A stretch of 52,826 nucleotides of DNA from Octopus bimaculoides (lineage: Eukaryota): NCBI RefSeq assembly GCF_001194135.2, contig NC_068985.1, forward strand, positions 126,860,557-126,913,382, read 5' to 3'. The position numbers and the translations under genes were made by a program. The notes beneath the pieces are model-generated. The model did no database searches and was not told the origin of the DNA. It was given only the letters and a program-made list of their open reading frames with translations. This document shows, one piece after another, positions 1 to 12,370 of the stretch. Numbering within the stretch: the first letter of the stretch is position 1; each line of letters opens with the position of its first letter.

Positions 1-53
<53 letters not shown>

Positions 54-100
54 GTATGTATGTATCATATATATGTGTATGTGTATATATATGTATATAT
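1..100. repeat. (TA)n microsatellite grading into (TATG)n/(TG) variants
   Basis: Pure TA run at 1-47, then degenerate TATG/TGTA units. Confidence 0.95.
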
Positions 101-913
101 CCTATACAGATTATTTGTTTGTAATGATCAAACACTTGTGCTGTACACTAGCTCAAGCTATCCATCAAACCAACACAGCTTGTACAAGTGAATATCAGAT
201 ATCAAAGTGGTCACAGGGCAATATAGAATGAAGTGTTTCACTCAAGAACTCAATATGGGAATAGATGGTGAGTGCAATATCCAAACTCTAGCTCAAATAT
301 ACATATATGTATATATAATTGTGTGTGTGTGTGGTTATTGTATGTATGTATGTATGAATGTATGTATAGATAGACAGACAGACAGATAGATAGATAAATA
401 GATAGATAGATAAGTGTTTGTTTATATGTGTACTTATATATACCTATAGATATAAACAGATTTAAATATAGATGTGTGTGTGTGATTGTCATCATTCTAT
501 ATCTAGTTTTCAATCTGGCATGGGATGAATTTATCTCTTAGTTTCTCATAGCATACATCCACAATCTTTGCCATCTGTGTGTATGTATGTCATGTTATTG
601 TATTTTCACATGCTACTTGTGGCTAGATGTCCTTCCTGTCCGAGTACTGGAGATGTTATCTCTGACGAGACTAAAAAGTCCTGTGTCCTACATTGTCTCT
701 GTTCTTTCTTTCCTATTTATAGAACATACACTATAATATTTCAGCTCATCTCTCTTGCCCTCTCCCTCTCTTTCTTCCTTTCTTTCTCTCTTTCTCTTTC
801 ATGACCTAGGATGAGGGTTTGTTTTCAGCTGTGTGAAGTTAATTAGTCATTAATCACTGTATTTATCAGTAACATACACATTAGTATAATATTTGTCAGT
901 AACTATTCCTGAG

Positions 914-1324
914 ATGGAAGTGTGTGGCCTAGTGGTTAGGGGGTTGGACTTATGACCACAAGACTGTGGTTTCAATTCCTGGACCAGGCAAGATATTGTG
1001 TTCTTGAGCAAAACACTTCATTTCACTCAGTGGGCAAAAATGAGTAATCCTGTGACAGACCAGCGTTACATCAAATGGGTGAATATATGTATGCCACAGA
1101 CACTAGGAAACTGTAGAAATGAGTTGCGACATCACTGGTGCCAAGCTGTATCAGCCTTTGCCTTTCCCTTGGATAACATTGGTGGCATGGAGAGGGGAGG
1201 CTGGTATGCATGGGTGACCGCTGGTCTTCCATAAACAACCTAGCCCAGACTTGTGCCTTGGAATGGAATTTTCTAGGTGCAATCCCATAGTCATTCAAGA
1301 CCGAAGGGGGTCTTTGCCCTTTTT
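914..1324 (+). mobile_element. tRNA-derived SINE (octopus-type), degenerate
   Basis: Pol III A-box-like TGGCCTAGTGG (925-935) and B-box-like GGTTTCAATTCC (968-979). The body (GAGTTGCGACATCACTGGTGCCAAGCTGTATCAGCC...) recurs at about 9650-9855 (+) and 24690-24880 (-). Confidence 0.8.
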
Positions 1325-1541
1325 AAGGAGGAATGAAAGGTAAAGTTGACCTTGGTGGGATTTGAATTCAGAATGTAAAGAGTAAGAAGAATGTGAAGAA
1401 TAAGAAGAGTAAGGTATTTTGTCCAATGCTGTTTTGATTCTGCCAATCAACCACCCTTTCCTATATAATGGTTCATATAAATGTTAGTTGGTCAGTTGGT
1501 TGGTTGGTTGGTTAGTTAATTTTTGGAGTTAAGCTTTACAT

Positions 1542-1788
1542 CAGTGGCTCTCAAACAATTTTTGCCTATTGACTGCCTTAGATTCTTATTTACAAGGCTG
1601 GTGCCTCACAACCATTTCATGTTTAAGAAAATCCTATGATATTTTTATAATCAAATGTCAGAAGGAATTTGTATTAAAAAATATTTTGTGTATTGTAGAA
1701 ATGTAACCAATTTATTGTGCATAAACTTTAACCACCAAATTTTATATGGGCCACCAAGGGTCATATGGACCCCGGTTGAGAATCACTG
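1542..1788. mobile_element. hAT-type MITE (247 bp)
   Basis: Imperfect TIRs CAGTGGCTCTCAA / TTGAGAATCACTG; 8-bp TSD CTTTACAT / CTTTACAC (7/8 match). A second copy lies at 42781-43014. Confidence 0.85.
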
Positions 1789-2196
1789 CTTTACACTGTA
1801 TAGATAGGGGCAAAGAGAGTAAAAGAGAAATACAAAGAGAGTTAACATAAGAGGCGCAGGATGAGTGCACATGCAAGGCTTGGTGGCAGGCAATGAGTAA
1901 ATGAATGCTAAACACACACATACATACAGAGTGAGAAAGAGAGAATCATAGACAGAGGTGAAGGAGAAGGAAAATACTTATGGTATGCAAATAGTTGCTC
2001 CAGTCCTATTTAGGCTCCTGTATTTGTTGAGCATATAAATATATTGGCTGCTTGTTTCTCTGGGAAAGGTCAAATTGATGCAGACATTTTTGATGAGAAT
2101 TTAAGTTAAGTCCAAAATCCACTAGAGTACAATACAAGCCTTGGACTCATCAGATTCTTGTCAAACCATCCAACCCAAGCCAGCATGATGATGATG

Positions 2197-2237
<41 letters not shown>

Positions 2238-2707
2238 GAAAACACAGAGCAGGGACTGAGTGTGTCTACGTGTATGTGTGTATGAACTTCCATAGTATGA
2301 AATCACATTAAGAGATTTAGCAACTTTAGGGAGGGGAATTTAGCCAACTAACCACCTAAAATTTCCACCCTTGTGCTTAAACTAGAACCAGTTATTATAA
2401 GGATGGTTACAAAATACTTTGTATTATTTTTTTGTTGGCTCTTTACCCTGAGTTCAAAGACCGTGAGGTCCACTTTGTCTTTGAGCCTTCCACGATTGAT
2501 GGATAAAGTATCTGTCTTTTTACCTTATATACAAACAATTATTTTATGGCTGTGAATTCTTGACTCATTTAGAGTGTTAGACAAAATAACTTGGTGTTTT
2601 TTTGTTTTTTTTTTGGTCTTTCCAGATCTCTTTGTTCTAAGTCCAAATCCTGCAAAGGTCAACTTTACCTTCTATCTTTCAAGTTGTTGATAAAATACAT
2701 TACCAGT

Positions 2708-2749
<42 letters not shown>

Positions 2750-2764
2750 GGTGTGGGTGTGTTT

Positions 2765-3296
2765 TATCTTTTACTTGTTTCAATCATTAGATTGCAGCCA
2801 TGCTGGGGCACCTCCTTGAAAATTTTCTAGTCAAATGAATCAACTCCAGTACTTATATTTTGTTAAGCTCGGTATTTATATTCTATCAGTCACTTTTTGC
2901 CAAACCACTAAGTTGGGGACGTAAGCACACCAACACCAGTTGTCAAGTGGTGGGGGGGGGACAAACACAGACACACACACATAGGTTTAAAACTATTGAA
3001 AAGGTAGCAAGATGCAAAGAAAATTTTAGAAAAATAAAAAATAAGTGGAAATTTTACTGGTGAGTGTGTTAAATTATAAGGCACTAAAAGAGAACGACTC
3101 TCCCCAGACACAACAGAATATGTATACATACACACACACACATATATACAACAGGCTTCTTTCAGTTTTTGTCTACCAAATCCACTCACAAGGCTTTAGT
3201 TGGTCTGAGGCTATTGTGCAAGACACTTTCCCAAAATGCCATGCAGTGGGACTGAATCCAGAACCATGTGGTTGGGAAGTAAGCTTCTTACCACAC
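2765..3296 (-). mobile_element. Bipartite SINE (tRNA head, internal microsatellite, 3' body) with about 140 bp of foreign sequence in the microsatellite
   Basis: Head half at about 3148-3296 and 3' half at about 2765-2980 match the halves joined by a short TG tract in the copy at 42170-42438. Confidence 0.7.
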
Positions 3297-3311
3297 ATAC
3301 ATACATGTGTG

Positions 3312-3315
<4 letters not shown>

Positions 3316-3399
<84 letters not shown>
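3316..3399. repeat. (TA)n microsatellite, 84 bp
   Basis: Uninterrupted TA run. Confidence 0.97.
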
Positions 3400-3402
<3 letters not shown>

Positions 3403-4240
3403 GATAGAAAATGATATGATCTTGAAACATTGAGCTTTGTAATGAGTTACATAGAATTGAGATACATGAAAAGATGCTGTATTGCAAAATTGCTCATGCT
3501 CTGTTGACAGATTAAAAGCGATATTAAAAAGGCCTATTTCCCACTCTGCCTTTACACTCTTGTGAACTTACCTACCCACTCACCCTGTCCAATCCGCTGT
3601 ACTACTCCATTTCACGTAACATTCACTTCCCTGCACCTTGAGGGTACACCCCAACTCATCCTCTCTCTCTCTCCTTACCTTTCTTTTTTCCAACTAGGGT
3701 AGTCATTTATTTCTTCTACAGCAAGAAATTTGCTTCTGTCCTTCTGTCATACTTTAACCTCTCATACCTGTGAAAATGTCATATTTAAGACGATGTATTG
3801 AAAAAGTCTTTGAAATTCTGTTGCCAAACTTTTGCTATATTAATTCTTCATAATGAATAAATCAGCAGCTTTGGATTTAGATATTTCAAAAAAGAATGTT
3901 ATATGGATGGACGAAAGCCATTTATTAATAATGATGGACTCTCTCATTGAAGACGATGTATGAGTGTTCAGCTTTAGCTAAACAACCTGCACAAATGATT
4001 TGTTTATAGTGATGAAATGTATGTGCTGTACATTACCTCACTCTTTTCATCAAATTGACATTGCCTAAACAGGTGCATGGTGTACCACAAGTCAGGTGTC
4101 AAAATGATCGCAGAGCAACTTGAAATGAAGTGTTTTGCTCAAGAACACAATGTACCACCTGATCTCAATCTTGTGATCATGAGTGCAATACCCTAACCAG
4201 TAGGCTATGCACACTCACAATAATAATAATAATAATAATC

Positions 4241-4453
4241 CTTTCTACTAAAGGCACAAGGCCTGAAATTTAGAGGGAGGGCACTTGTTGATTACATCAA
4301 CTCCAGTGTTTCACTGGTACTTAATTTATTGACCCTGAAAGGATGAAAGGCAAAGTCAACCTTAGCAGAATTTGAACTCAGAACATAGCAACAGATGAAA
4401 TACTGTTAAGCATTTCACCCAGCATGCTAACGATTCTGCCAGGTTACCGCCTT
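4241..4453 (-). mobile_element. SINE of the AAGGCGGCGAGCTGGCAG-head family, flanked by (AAT)n
   Basis: The reverse complement matches the copies at 16490-16702 (-) and 51871-52090 (+); B-box-like GAGTTCAAATTC. Confidence 0.75.
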
Positions 4454-4457
4454 AATG

Positions 4458-4499
<42 letters not shown>

Positions 4500-5269
4500 G
4501 TTGTTGGTTTTGTTGTATGTGATATAAGATTTAAATTTCTTTTGATTTTTGATTTAGACACAAATCAGGCATTACATCCAGGCTAAACTATTTTTTTTTA
4601 CTGATTTGCCTGCAAATGTTTTTTGTTTTATTACTGTGTGTGTGTGTGTGTGTGTGTGCGTGTGTGTGTGTATACCTGTTCACATATTTGTACATACATG
4701 CATACATTTACATACACACATAGATATGTATTTTTTATATTCATACACATTTATTAATGCCTCTATTTTTATGCATTTTTTCATCCATAACTGGTATATA
4801 CTAATCAAAGTTTCACTCAGAACCATTTACTAGTGTATCATATTTTGCTTTTTAAAAGAGAAAAGGTTGAAATACTTTGAAGTTTCTGTCAACCTTTTCC
4901 TCACAAAACTAATGTGGCTAGGTAAGAGATGAATGTATTAGTATATATGTATATATGAATATGTAGAGAGTGGTGTGATACACATGGGTTTCAGTCAGTA
5001 GTTGGGTTTCCTTCTCAGAAAATAGCCAAAAATGACTACATTCCTTTGTGCTGTCTATCATTTTTATAGTCCAACATGTATGGGTGTATGTGTGTTTGTG
5101 TTCATATTTATATAATGACCAATGAGTAGTATCTATTCAGTATAAAAAGATATCTGGAGGTTCTCCGGTGGCCATAACAGGTGTAGCATATGTGTTGAAA
5201 GTAATACCTGGCAAAAAGCCACATCCTCTCAGTTGAGGGATTTTTGTCCTGCAAGTTACTTGATGACCT

Positions 5270-5452
5270 TGATGTTGGTACCATGTAAAAAGCAACCCAG
5301 AACTCTGTAAAGTGGTTGATGTTAGGAAGGGTATTAATCCATGGAAATCATGCCAAAGCAAGCAGTAGAGCTTGGTACAGTCCCCTGGCTCAACAGCTCT
5401 TGTCAAACCCATGCCAGCATGGAAAACAGACATTAAATGTTGATGATGATGA
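5270..5452 (+). mobile_element. RTE-family 3' UTR/tail fragment ending in (GAT)n
   Basis: GTTAGGAAGGG...AACCCATGCCAGCATGGAAAACAGACATTAAATG(ATG)n, the same tail that is attached to RTE coding sequence at 10455-11061. Confidence 0.65.
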
Positions 5453-6559
5453 TAATTATAAGATGGGAAATGGGTAAAGAATGGTGACAATGGTAATTTT
5501 TATGTTGCTGCTGCTACTGATCTGCTTGGTAGTTTGATTATGAAGAGATGATAATAGTTCTAACAATGATATTAGTGATATATGACAATAAAAATAGAGA
5601 TTGTGTTCTAATTACTCCACAATTTCATTTCCTTTTTCCACCGTATTAATATAGGTTTAATAATTATACAAATCATGAAAGGTTTTCATTAATTTTTTTT
5701 TTCTGTTTTTTTTTTTCCTCTCACTTTTGAAAAATTTTTTCGCTCTGCAGATAATGAAATGTTGTTCATGATAATTTTCAAAAATATTTTTATTTTATAA
5801 TTATATGTATTTTCTTTAACTGGATGTTCATTCAAAAACTAACCATTTTCAAATTCAAATGTAAATTGAGAGTGAAAACTGTATTTATTCCAGCTGATTA
5901 AAATGAGTGGAGTAATATCCTAGAGAAAAATTACAATGCTGGCGGCAAGTTTTGTTATGAGATTATAATTTCACAAAATTTTGCAGATCACCATATTATC
6001 CACACTCTTATTAGTTAATCAATTAAGTAATTAACATCACATTAAAAAATTATCTTGTTGATTTAAAAACCCTAAAATTCTAAATTTTTTCAAAAAAAGG
6101 GCTAAAAATATTTCTTTTTTATTAATTTGTTAGTTTGGTTATTAGTTGCCAGCTTACTAGCTAGTTGGTTAGCTAGCTAGTGAGCTAGTTATGTAATTTG
6201 CTAGCTAGCTAGTTAGTTAGTGAGTCAGTTGGTTTGGTTCAGTTCAATCCATCAGTTGAGTTGGTGAGGTCAGATCTGCCTACCCATCCATCCATCTATC
6301 CAACCTGTCCATTCGTCTGTCCATATGTTTATCTGTCTATCACACGCTTGTGCATTATACAACAGTTCTCCTCCAGTGAACCTGATCAATTTTTCAGTAT
6401 TTGCTAAGGTACAGGCTCTACAGTATACTATGTAACTTTCCTTATAAACCATCTTTTACAAATTATAACAGCCGCATGAATATTGACTAATGTGTATGTT
6501 CAGGAGGTTAGAGTGGTGGGGTGCACATGCATGCATGTTTACAAAATGATTCAGTGAAA

Positions 6560-6960
6560 TTGATACAGCTAATGTCTTTGAACAATTGCAAATTGAGACC
6601 TGCTGATATAACATGGACAGGGAGAGAATGCCCTTAGGTTAGTGTTTAGTTGGAGAAAGAACTAGGAATAGTAGTTCGTGTATGCTTCAGAGGGGTACAA
6701 TATGAGTGATGAGAATAGAAGCGGGTGAGTTGTGTAGATCTAAGGAGAAGTTAGATGAGAGAAACCAGTTAAGACAAGCAAAGCCACTTAGTAGTGGAAG
6801 AAAAACAGACTGAGTAGACAGCATGTCTATGGGTCAGTGGGTAGTGTGTTGGTGGGCAACTTTAGGCTGGTCATTTGGAGGGATCTTTTGTGGATGACGT
6901 ATAGGATGTCAGTATGTGTAATAGTAGCACCATCTCAGATGGCTTGCATTGTTATGTTTA
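6560..6960 (-). mobile_element. Highly decayed CR1/Jockey-like LINE 3' end
   Basis: The minus strand gives HRHAVYSVCF-like peptide pieces resembling the HRRxVxSLxLFYRY segment near the C-terminus of CR1-group ORF2; multiple stops and frameshifts. Confidence 0.45.
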
Positions 6961-8579
6961 CTTCTCATGAAGTAAAATCTATCTGCATCAATCCATCAAT
7001 ATAGTCCATAAGGTACATGAATCTCATGTTCTTAATGATGGAGAAACCAGAGATAGATGCTGGCCCTAAGTATATTTGTGATTCCAAAAAGAATTAGATA
7101 GCTAGAAAACTTTTCCAGGAGATATGAATCCAATGGATTTTAGAGGAAAAAAGAAATGGACGTTGTGATGTTCATGCTTCTCCCAGCATAATTAATACAT
7201 TGAACATTAATTAGCAATATAGGGAAAATAATTTTTATTTTAAATCCACAAGATAGGCAACTGGTTTAGAAAGTATTGGCTAAGGGGACGTAACTTTTAC
7301 TTAGCGGTCAAATGTTATTTATTGAGTATATTCAGTCATTTGGTTAATGACTTTTTTATTATGAAGGATAACATTTTAATTAATTAAAATTTCTTAGCTC
7401 ACTTCATCAAGTGCATTAGCTTCAACTTTAGCAACATTTTGAATTCATTTTATTTTCTATATATTTTTCACTGTAGAGTAGTTGTAAGCTCCCCTCTCAG
7501 GAGGATGTGATGTTGTTTTAAAGTCCTAGTTTAGCTATTATTCTTATTTTATTTCATGTACATTACTTTGAGCAAACCAATGATCAAAGGTGTTCCAGAC
7601 GTGACTATTCAATCTTTCATTCGGACATAGTGTATCTAGAATACATTATCCAGTGTAGTTTTCCTTTTTGAAGATAAGGAGGTATGGTTTGAGGGGCGAT
7701 TTGGCTTCTTTTTTCCCTCACAGATCAAGTAACCACATTGCATCACTTCCTACCCTCAGTTTTTTCTTTTGTAATGTAAGTCAGTCAAATGAAGATCTTT
7801 CTGGGTGCTATCAGTATTGTGAGAATGATGTCATTGATGCATAATCTGAACATCTGAAGCTCAATACCTGCAGTAAAACACAGGATAGAGTGAACCAGGG
7901 TCCACTCCAAATACTTGCCAAAGAGTGAACTTTGCTAAAGGTGCCCCAAAACTAAGGAGTTGGGTTGTAATTGCCTAAACCCAAGCCAGTTATGATCGAC
8001 TTATGAACCCATGATCAAAGATATTCCAATCATGATATTTTATCTTTTTGTCATTTTTGACTACATTGTACAATGTAACCTTCCTTTTTTATGATGGTGG
8101 GCAATGATTTGAAGGAGATTTAACTATTCATTCTTGCAGATTGAGCTACCATGTAAAGGCCCTCGTGGTGGCAAAGACCTCTCACATCTTCCCATTCTTA
8201 TGAATATGGTTCAAGTAAAACCAAAGTCACTGTCTTTGGTTTTACACTTTGGAGCCAATTTGTTGCCCTTTGATGCTGCCAATAGATGGCAAGTTGGCAA
8301 ATCACTGGAGTGTCAAACAAAATGCCTTGCAGTATTTGTTCTAGCCCTCTGTGCTCTGAGTTCAATTCTTGCTGAAGTCATCTTAATTCTTTCATCCTTT
8401 CAAGATCAATAAAATAAATTACCAATCAGAGCAATAGATTGGTAGAATTGTCAAAGCAGAGGATAAAACATGTTGCAATATTTCTAGTGACTCTTACATT
8501 CTAAGTTCTTGGGTGGTAGACTTAATTCATTTAGCGAATTTAATGCAGCAGTAAGTATATGAGAATAAGTGCTAGTTAT

Positions 8580-9259
8580 ATGGAGTACCAAATAAAAAAA
8601 TTTTTTTTAAAAAAGAGTATTTTCGACATTTGCTTCTCCTTGTGTTCAGTCAAGGTTCCAAAGCTGCCAAAACTGCTCAAGACATTTGTGCTGTGTATGG
8701 AAAAGGCATTATTATTAAAAGAACTACACAAAAATAGTTTCCATGCTTCAAGGAGGGGAAATTCAACCTCCCAAACTCTCCACATTCAGGCTGGCCTGTT
8801 CAGTTCAGTGAAGGTTGATCAAACGAGCTCATTATCGAGAATGTGCACCAATCCAATTAGAAATTGGTCCAGCAAATAGGATGCTCTCATGATACAATTG
8901 TCCATCACTTTCACTTAATGGATAATCCATCTGAAACAACCTGACTGGTAACACGGTATGCTTCTTCAACATGACAACTCTCATTCTCACATTGCTAATT
9001 TGACCAAAAACTCAATTCAAACGCTTCCCCTGCACCTACCGTATTCTCCTGATGTATTACCTTCAGATTATCACCTTGTCCAGTTGCTCTGCAGTAGTCT
9101 GTGAAGCATTTCGTTCAGTGATGATATGTTGCTAAAAAGAAGTGACTCGATGAATTCTTTGAGTCAATGCCTTGTGATTTCTATTGTCGAGGCATTGACA
9201 AGCTAGTGGAACACAGACAAGAAGTTGTGAACAATGAAGAAAAATATATTATTGACTGA
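8580..9259 (+). pseudogene. Internally deleted mariner transposase remnant
   Basis: N-terminal YFRHLLLLVFSQGSKAAKTAQDICAVYG...SPHSGWP (mariner HTH region); PYSPDVLPSDYHL (YSPDLAPSD motif); C-terminal FYCRGIDKLVE...KYIID*. About 680 bp, versus about 1 kb for a full transposase; stops and frameshifts. Confidence 0.85.
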
Positions 9260-9599
9260 TTTTAAAAAAATTTTGATGAAAAATAAAGATTAAAATCAAT
9301 GAACAAAATACAAATGAATTGACTAATCAATATGTAAATAATGGGGTATAAAAAAACTAATTAGAAATAGAGATGTGATGAGGAAAAATAATATTAATCA
9401 ATGACAAATATTATTTTATTTTTGAAAGACAATACTGGACAAGTTTCAATTTTATTTTGCAAAGAACAGATTTCAGAAGTAGTGAGGAGAAAAGTCCTTA
9501 GTAAATGTAAAAGATTAATATGTACCAACCACTGATAAGTACACTTTTCTTACTCAAATTCATTTTATTTGCTTACTAATTTCAGTCATTGGTGAAGGT

Positions 9600-9855
9600 G
9601 CAAGAGCAAGACACTTTATTTCACGTTGCTCCAGTTCACTCAGCTGTAAAAATGAGTTGCAACATCACTGGTGCCAAGCTGTATCAGCCTTTGCCTTTCC
9701 CTTGGATAACATCGGTGGCATGAAGTGGGGAAGCTGGTATGCATGGGCGACTGCTGGTCTTCCACAGCAATCCTACCTGGACTTGTGCCTCAGAGGGGAA
9801 CTTTCTAGATGCAATCTCATGGTTATTCATGACCAAAGGGGGTCTTTACCTTTTA
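9600..9855 (+). mobile_element. SINE body, same family as 914-1324
   Basis: High similarity to 1120-1324, including TGCCAAGCTGTATCAGCCTTTGCCTTTCCCTTGGATAACAT. Confidence 0.8.
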
Positions 9856-10454
9856 CCCTATTTTCAGTTATTGGTCATTAGACTGTAACCATTTTAAGGC
9901 AGCACTTATATGAGTTTTCAGAATTAATTATATACCAACCTTAATGCTGTTATAGTACAGAGAGAGACCACCACTATGTTGCTTGAGATACAGCAGCACA
10001 TAATGTTTGGTACTCTAACGGCAATTTTTAATTTTGAGTTACGTCCCTTCTAAGAAGTTAATTTCCTTAAAACAAAGTTTGTGAAAATACATACATTCCT
10101 CCACACCTACAAATATATTTTATACAGTAGACTTCCACGCAGTTCCTGTTGTCCATATTTAATTCACAAGGTATTAGTCACATTGGAAGTTGGTAAATGA
10201 TAGTTGCCTAAGGTGCTGGGCAGGGGAATTGAACCAGTAACTCTTTTACTTGTTTCAGTCATTTGACTGCGGCCATGCTGGAGCACCGCCTTTAGTCGAG
10301 CAAATCGACCCCAGGACTTATTCTTTGTAAGCCTAGTACTTATTCTATCGGTCTCTTTTGCCGAACTGCTAAGTTACGGGGACCTAAACACACCAGCATC
10401 GGTTGTCAAGCGATGGTGGGGGGACAAACACAGACACACAAACATACATACGCA

Positions 10455-11061
10455 CATCATCATCATCATCATCATCGTTTAACGTCCGCTTTCCATGCTA
10501 GCATGGGTTGGACGATTTGACTGAGGACTGGTGAAACCGGATGGCAACACCAGGCTCCAGTCTGATTTGGCAGAGTTTCTACAGCTGGATGCCCTTCCTA
10601 ACGCCNNNNNNNNNNNNNNNNNNNNNNNNNNNNNNNNNNNNNNNNNNNNNNNNNNNNNNNNNNNNNNNNNNNNNNNNNNNNNNNNNNNNNNNNNNNNNNN
10701 NNNNNNNNNNNNNNNNNNNNNNNNNNNNNNNNNNNNNNNNNNNNNNNNNNNNNNNNNNNNNNNNNNNNNNNNNNNNNNNNNNNNNNNNNNNNNNNNNNNN
10801 NNNNNNNNNNNNNNNNNNNNNNNNNNNNNNNNNNNNNNNNNNNNNNNNNNNNNNNNNNNNNNNNNNNNNNNNNNNNNNNNNNNNNNNNNNNNNNNNNNNN
10901 NNNNNNGGCTTGCCGGGTCTTCTCACGCACAGCCCATTTCCAAAGGTCTCGGTCCGTAGTCATCGCCTCGGTGAGGCCCAATGTACGAAGGTCTTGCCTC
11001 ACCACCTCAGCCCAGGTCTTCCTGGGCCTACCTCTTCCACGGGTTCCCTCAACTGTTAGGG
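10455..11061 (-). mobile_element. 5'-truncated RTE-clade LINE 3' end (spans an assembly gap)
   Basis: Peptide LTVEGTRGRGRPRKTWAEVVRQDLRTLGLTEAMTTDRDLWKWAVREKTRQA (RTE ORF C-terminus, GRGRPRKTW motif), followed across the gap by a 3' UTR and (GAT)n tail. Confidence 0.88.
10606..10906. other. Assembly gap
   Basis: Run of N inside the RTE fragment. Confidence 1.
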
Positions 11062-11799
11062 TGTATATATATATATACATATATACGACGGACTTCTTTC
11101 AGTTTCCGTCTACCAAATCCACTCACAAGGCTTTGGTCGGCCCGAGGCTATAGTAGAAGGCACTTGCCCAAGGTGCCACGCAGTGGGAGTGAACCCGGAA
11201 CCATGTAGTTGGTAAGCAAGCTACTTACCACACACACATTTGCAATACAAATTTGTCAACTATAGTCATGTTTGTATCAATTTTAGCTTTCTTAAAAGTG
11301 AAAGTAAAAATAAGGAAAATAACTAATGAAAACTGGTTGAAACATTCTGAAATAGAATTTGATTGTAGTAGCCTAAACTACATGAAACAGGTGTTAGCCA
11401 GGATAGAAGCAGTCTGGGGAACATGTGGTAGCGTATCTAGAGTAGAGGTTTGTCAAGAAATAGATGGAAGTAGATGGCACACAGTGAACTAATAGGCTAG
11501 TGAACATGTGACAGTAGAAGGCAAATAAGGTGGAAGTGGGTCAAGGAATGTGTGCATTCAGAGGAGTGGTAGATTAATGTATTGTTAATACATATATTAG
11601 AAATGTGTTGACAGAATAGATATTGGGTTAGGGGAATATGTGGCACAACCCAGTACTTTTGAGGTGAGAGAGTTTAGAAGATATCAACCTTAGTGTTTGA
11701 CTGATATTTTATTTTATTGGCCCTGAGTGGATGAAAGGTTAAGATGACAATGACAGGATTTGAACTCAAAACGTAAAAAGTCTTGAGATATTTCTTCCA

Positions 11800-11970
11800 A
11801 CTCTACATTTTGAGTTCAAATCCCACTGAGGTTGGCATTACCTTTCATCCTTTCAGGGTTAATAGATTAAGTACCAGCGAAACACTGGGGTCAATGTAAT
11901 TGACTTGTCCTCTGCCACCAAATTTCTGGCTTTATGCTTATAGTAGAAAGGATTATCATTATTATTATTA
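11800..11970 (+). mobile_element. SINE fragment (same family as 51871-52090), (ATT)n tail
   Basis: TGAGTTCAAATCCCACTGAGG...CCTTTCATCCTTTC...AGTAGAAAGGATTAT. Confidence 0.7.
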
Positions 11971-12124
11971 TTGAGTGAGAGGTAATTTAAAGAAGTGCGT
12001 TTAAGAACTTACTAGTTTTTAATTGCCATTTGGAAGTTTACACATATTATATAACTTTTTCTCAGAAACTGAAACTGATTTTATTACTACTAACATTAAA
12101 ACATTGACATAAAACAAAATTCAA

Positions 12125-12370
12125 ATATAATATAATATAATGAACTTATTGTATACAATGCTCAGGTGCACTGCAACTCACCAGAAAAGGTTGCCAAAAG
12201 TCCATGTATAGTACATAGAATAATGCACAAAAGGACACACAAGTGAGCAGTGAATGGGTCATAAACAAAAAAGAACATTACTTCTAGTGTTAGCAAATTT
12301 CAGGAAGCATGGAAGTTTAGAAGGGTGTAATGATCTGACAGCTAACAACTCTCAGCAATTCTGAAAGTGA
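12125..12370 (-). mobile_element. Probable LINE 3' UTR fragment ending in an (ATT)-rich tail
   Basis: The minus strand ends ...GTGCACCTGAGCATTGTATACAATAAGTTCATTATATT, recalled as a common cephalopod repeat terminus; no coding signal. Confidence 0.4.

Larger units (their letters stand above)
10241..11232 (-). mobile_element. Young bipartite SINE split by an RTE insertion in its internal microsatellite
   Basis: Head half at about 11087-11232 and 3' half at 10241-10454; CpGs largely retained; an RTE fragment lies between the halves. Confidence 0.8.

Noticed and set aside
914-990. tRNA gene candidates at SINE heads (also 24930-25002 and 18520-18592)
   Set aside because: A and B boxes are present, but there is no cloverleaf, and each runs into a multi-copy SINE body.
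46-3487. ORFs rich in YI/IY, CV and TH dipeptides here and elsewhere (e.g. 29221, 31139-31469, 43370, 52175)
   Set aside because: They are translations of TA/TG/CA microsatellites, which lack stop codons.
3679-3767. Minus-strand 89-nt exon-like segment (TTTTCACAG| ... AAAG|GTAAGG)
   Set aside because: Good splice sites, but stops in all three frames, and it lies in low-complexity repeat-like sequence; no partner exon found.
10531-11080. Long ORFs spanning N runs (also 20732-21206, 33767-34706, 50983-51401)
   Set aside because: Their length is an artefact of gaps translated as X; only the flanking TE peptides are informative.
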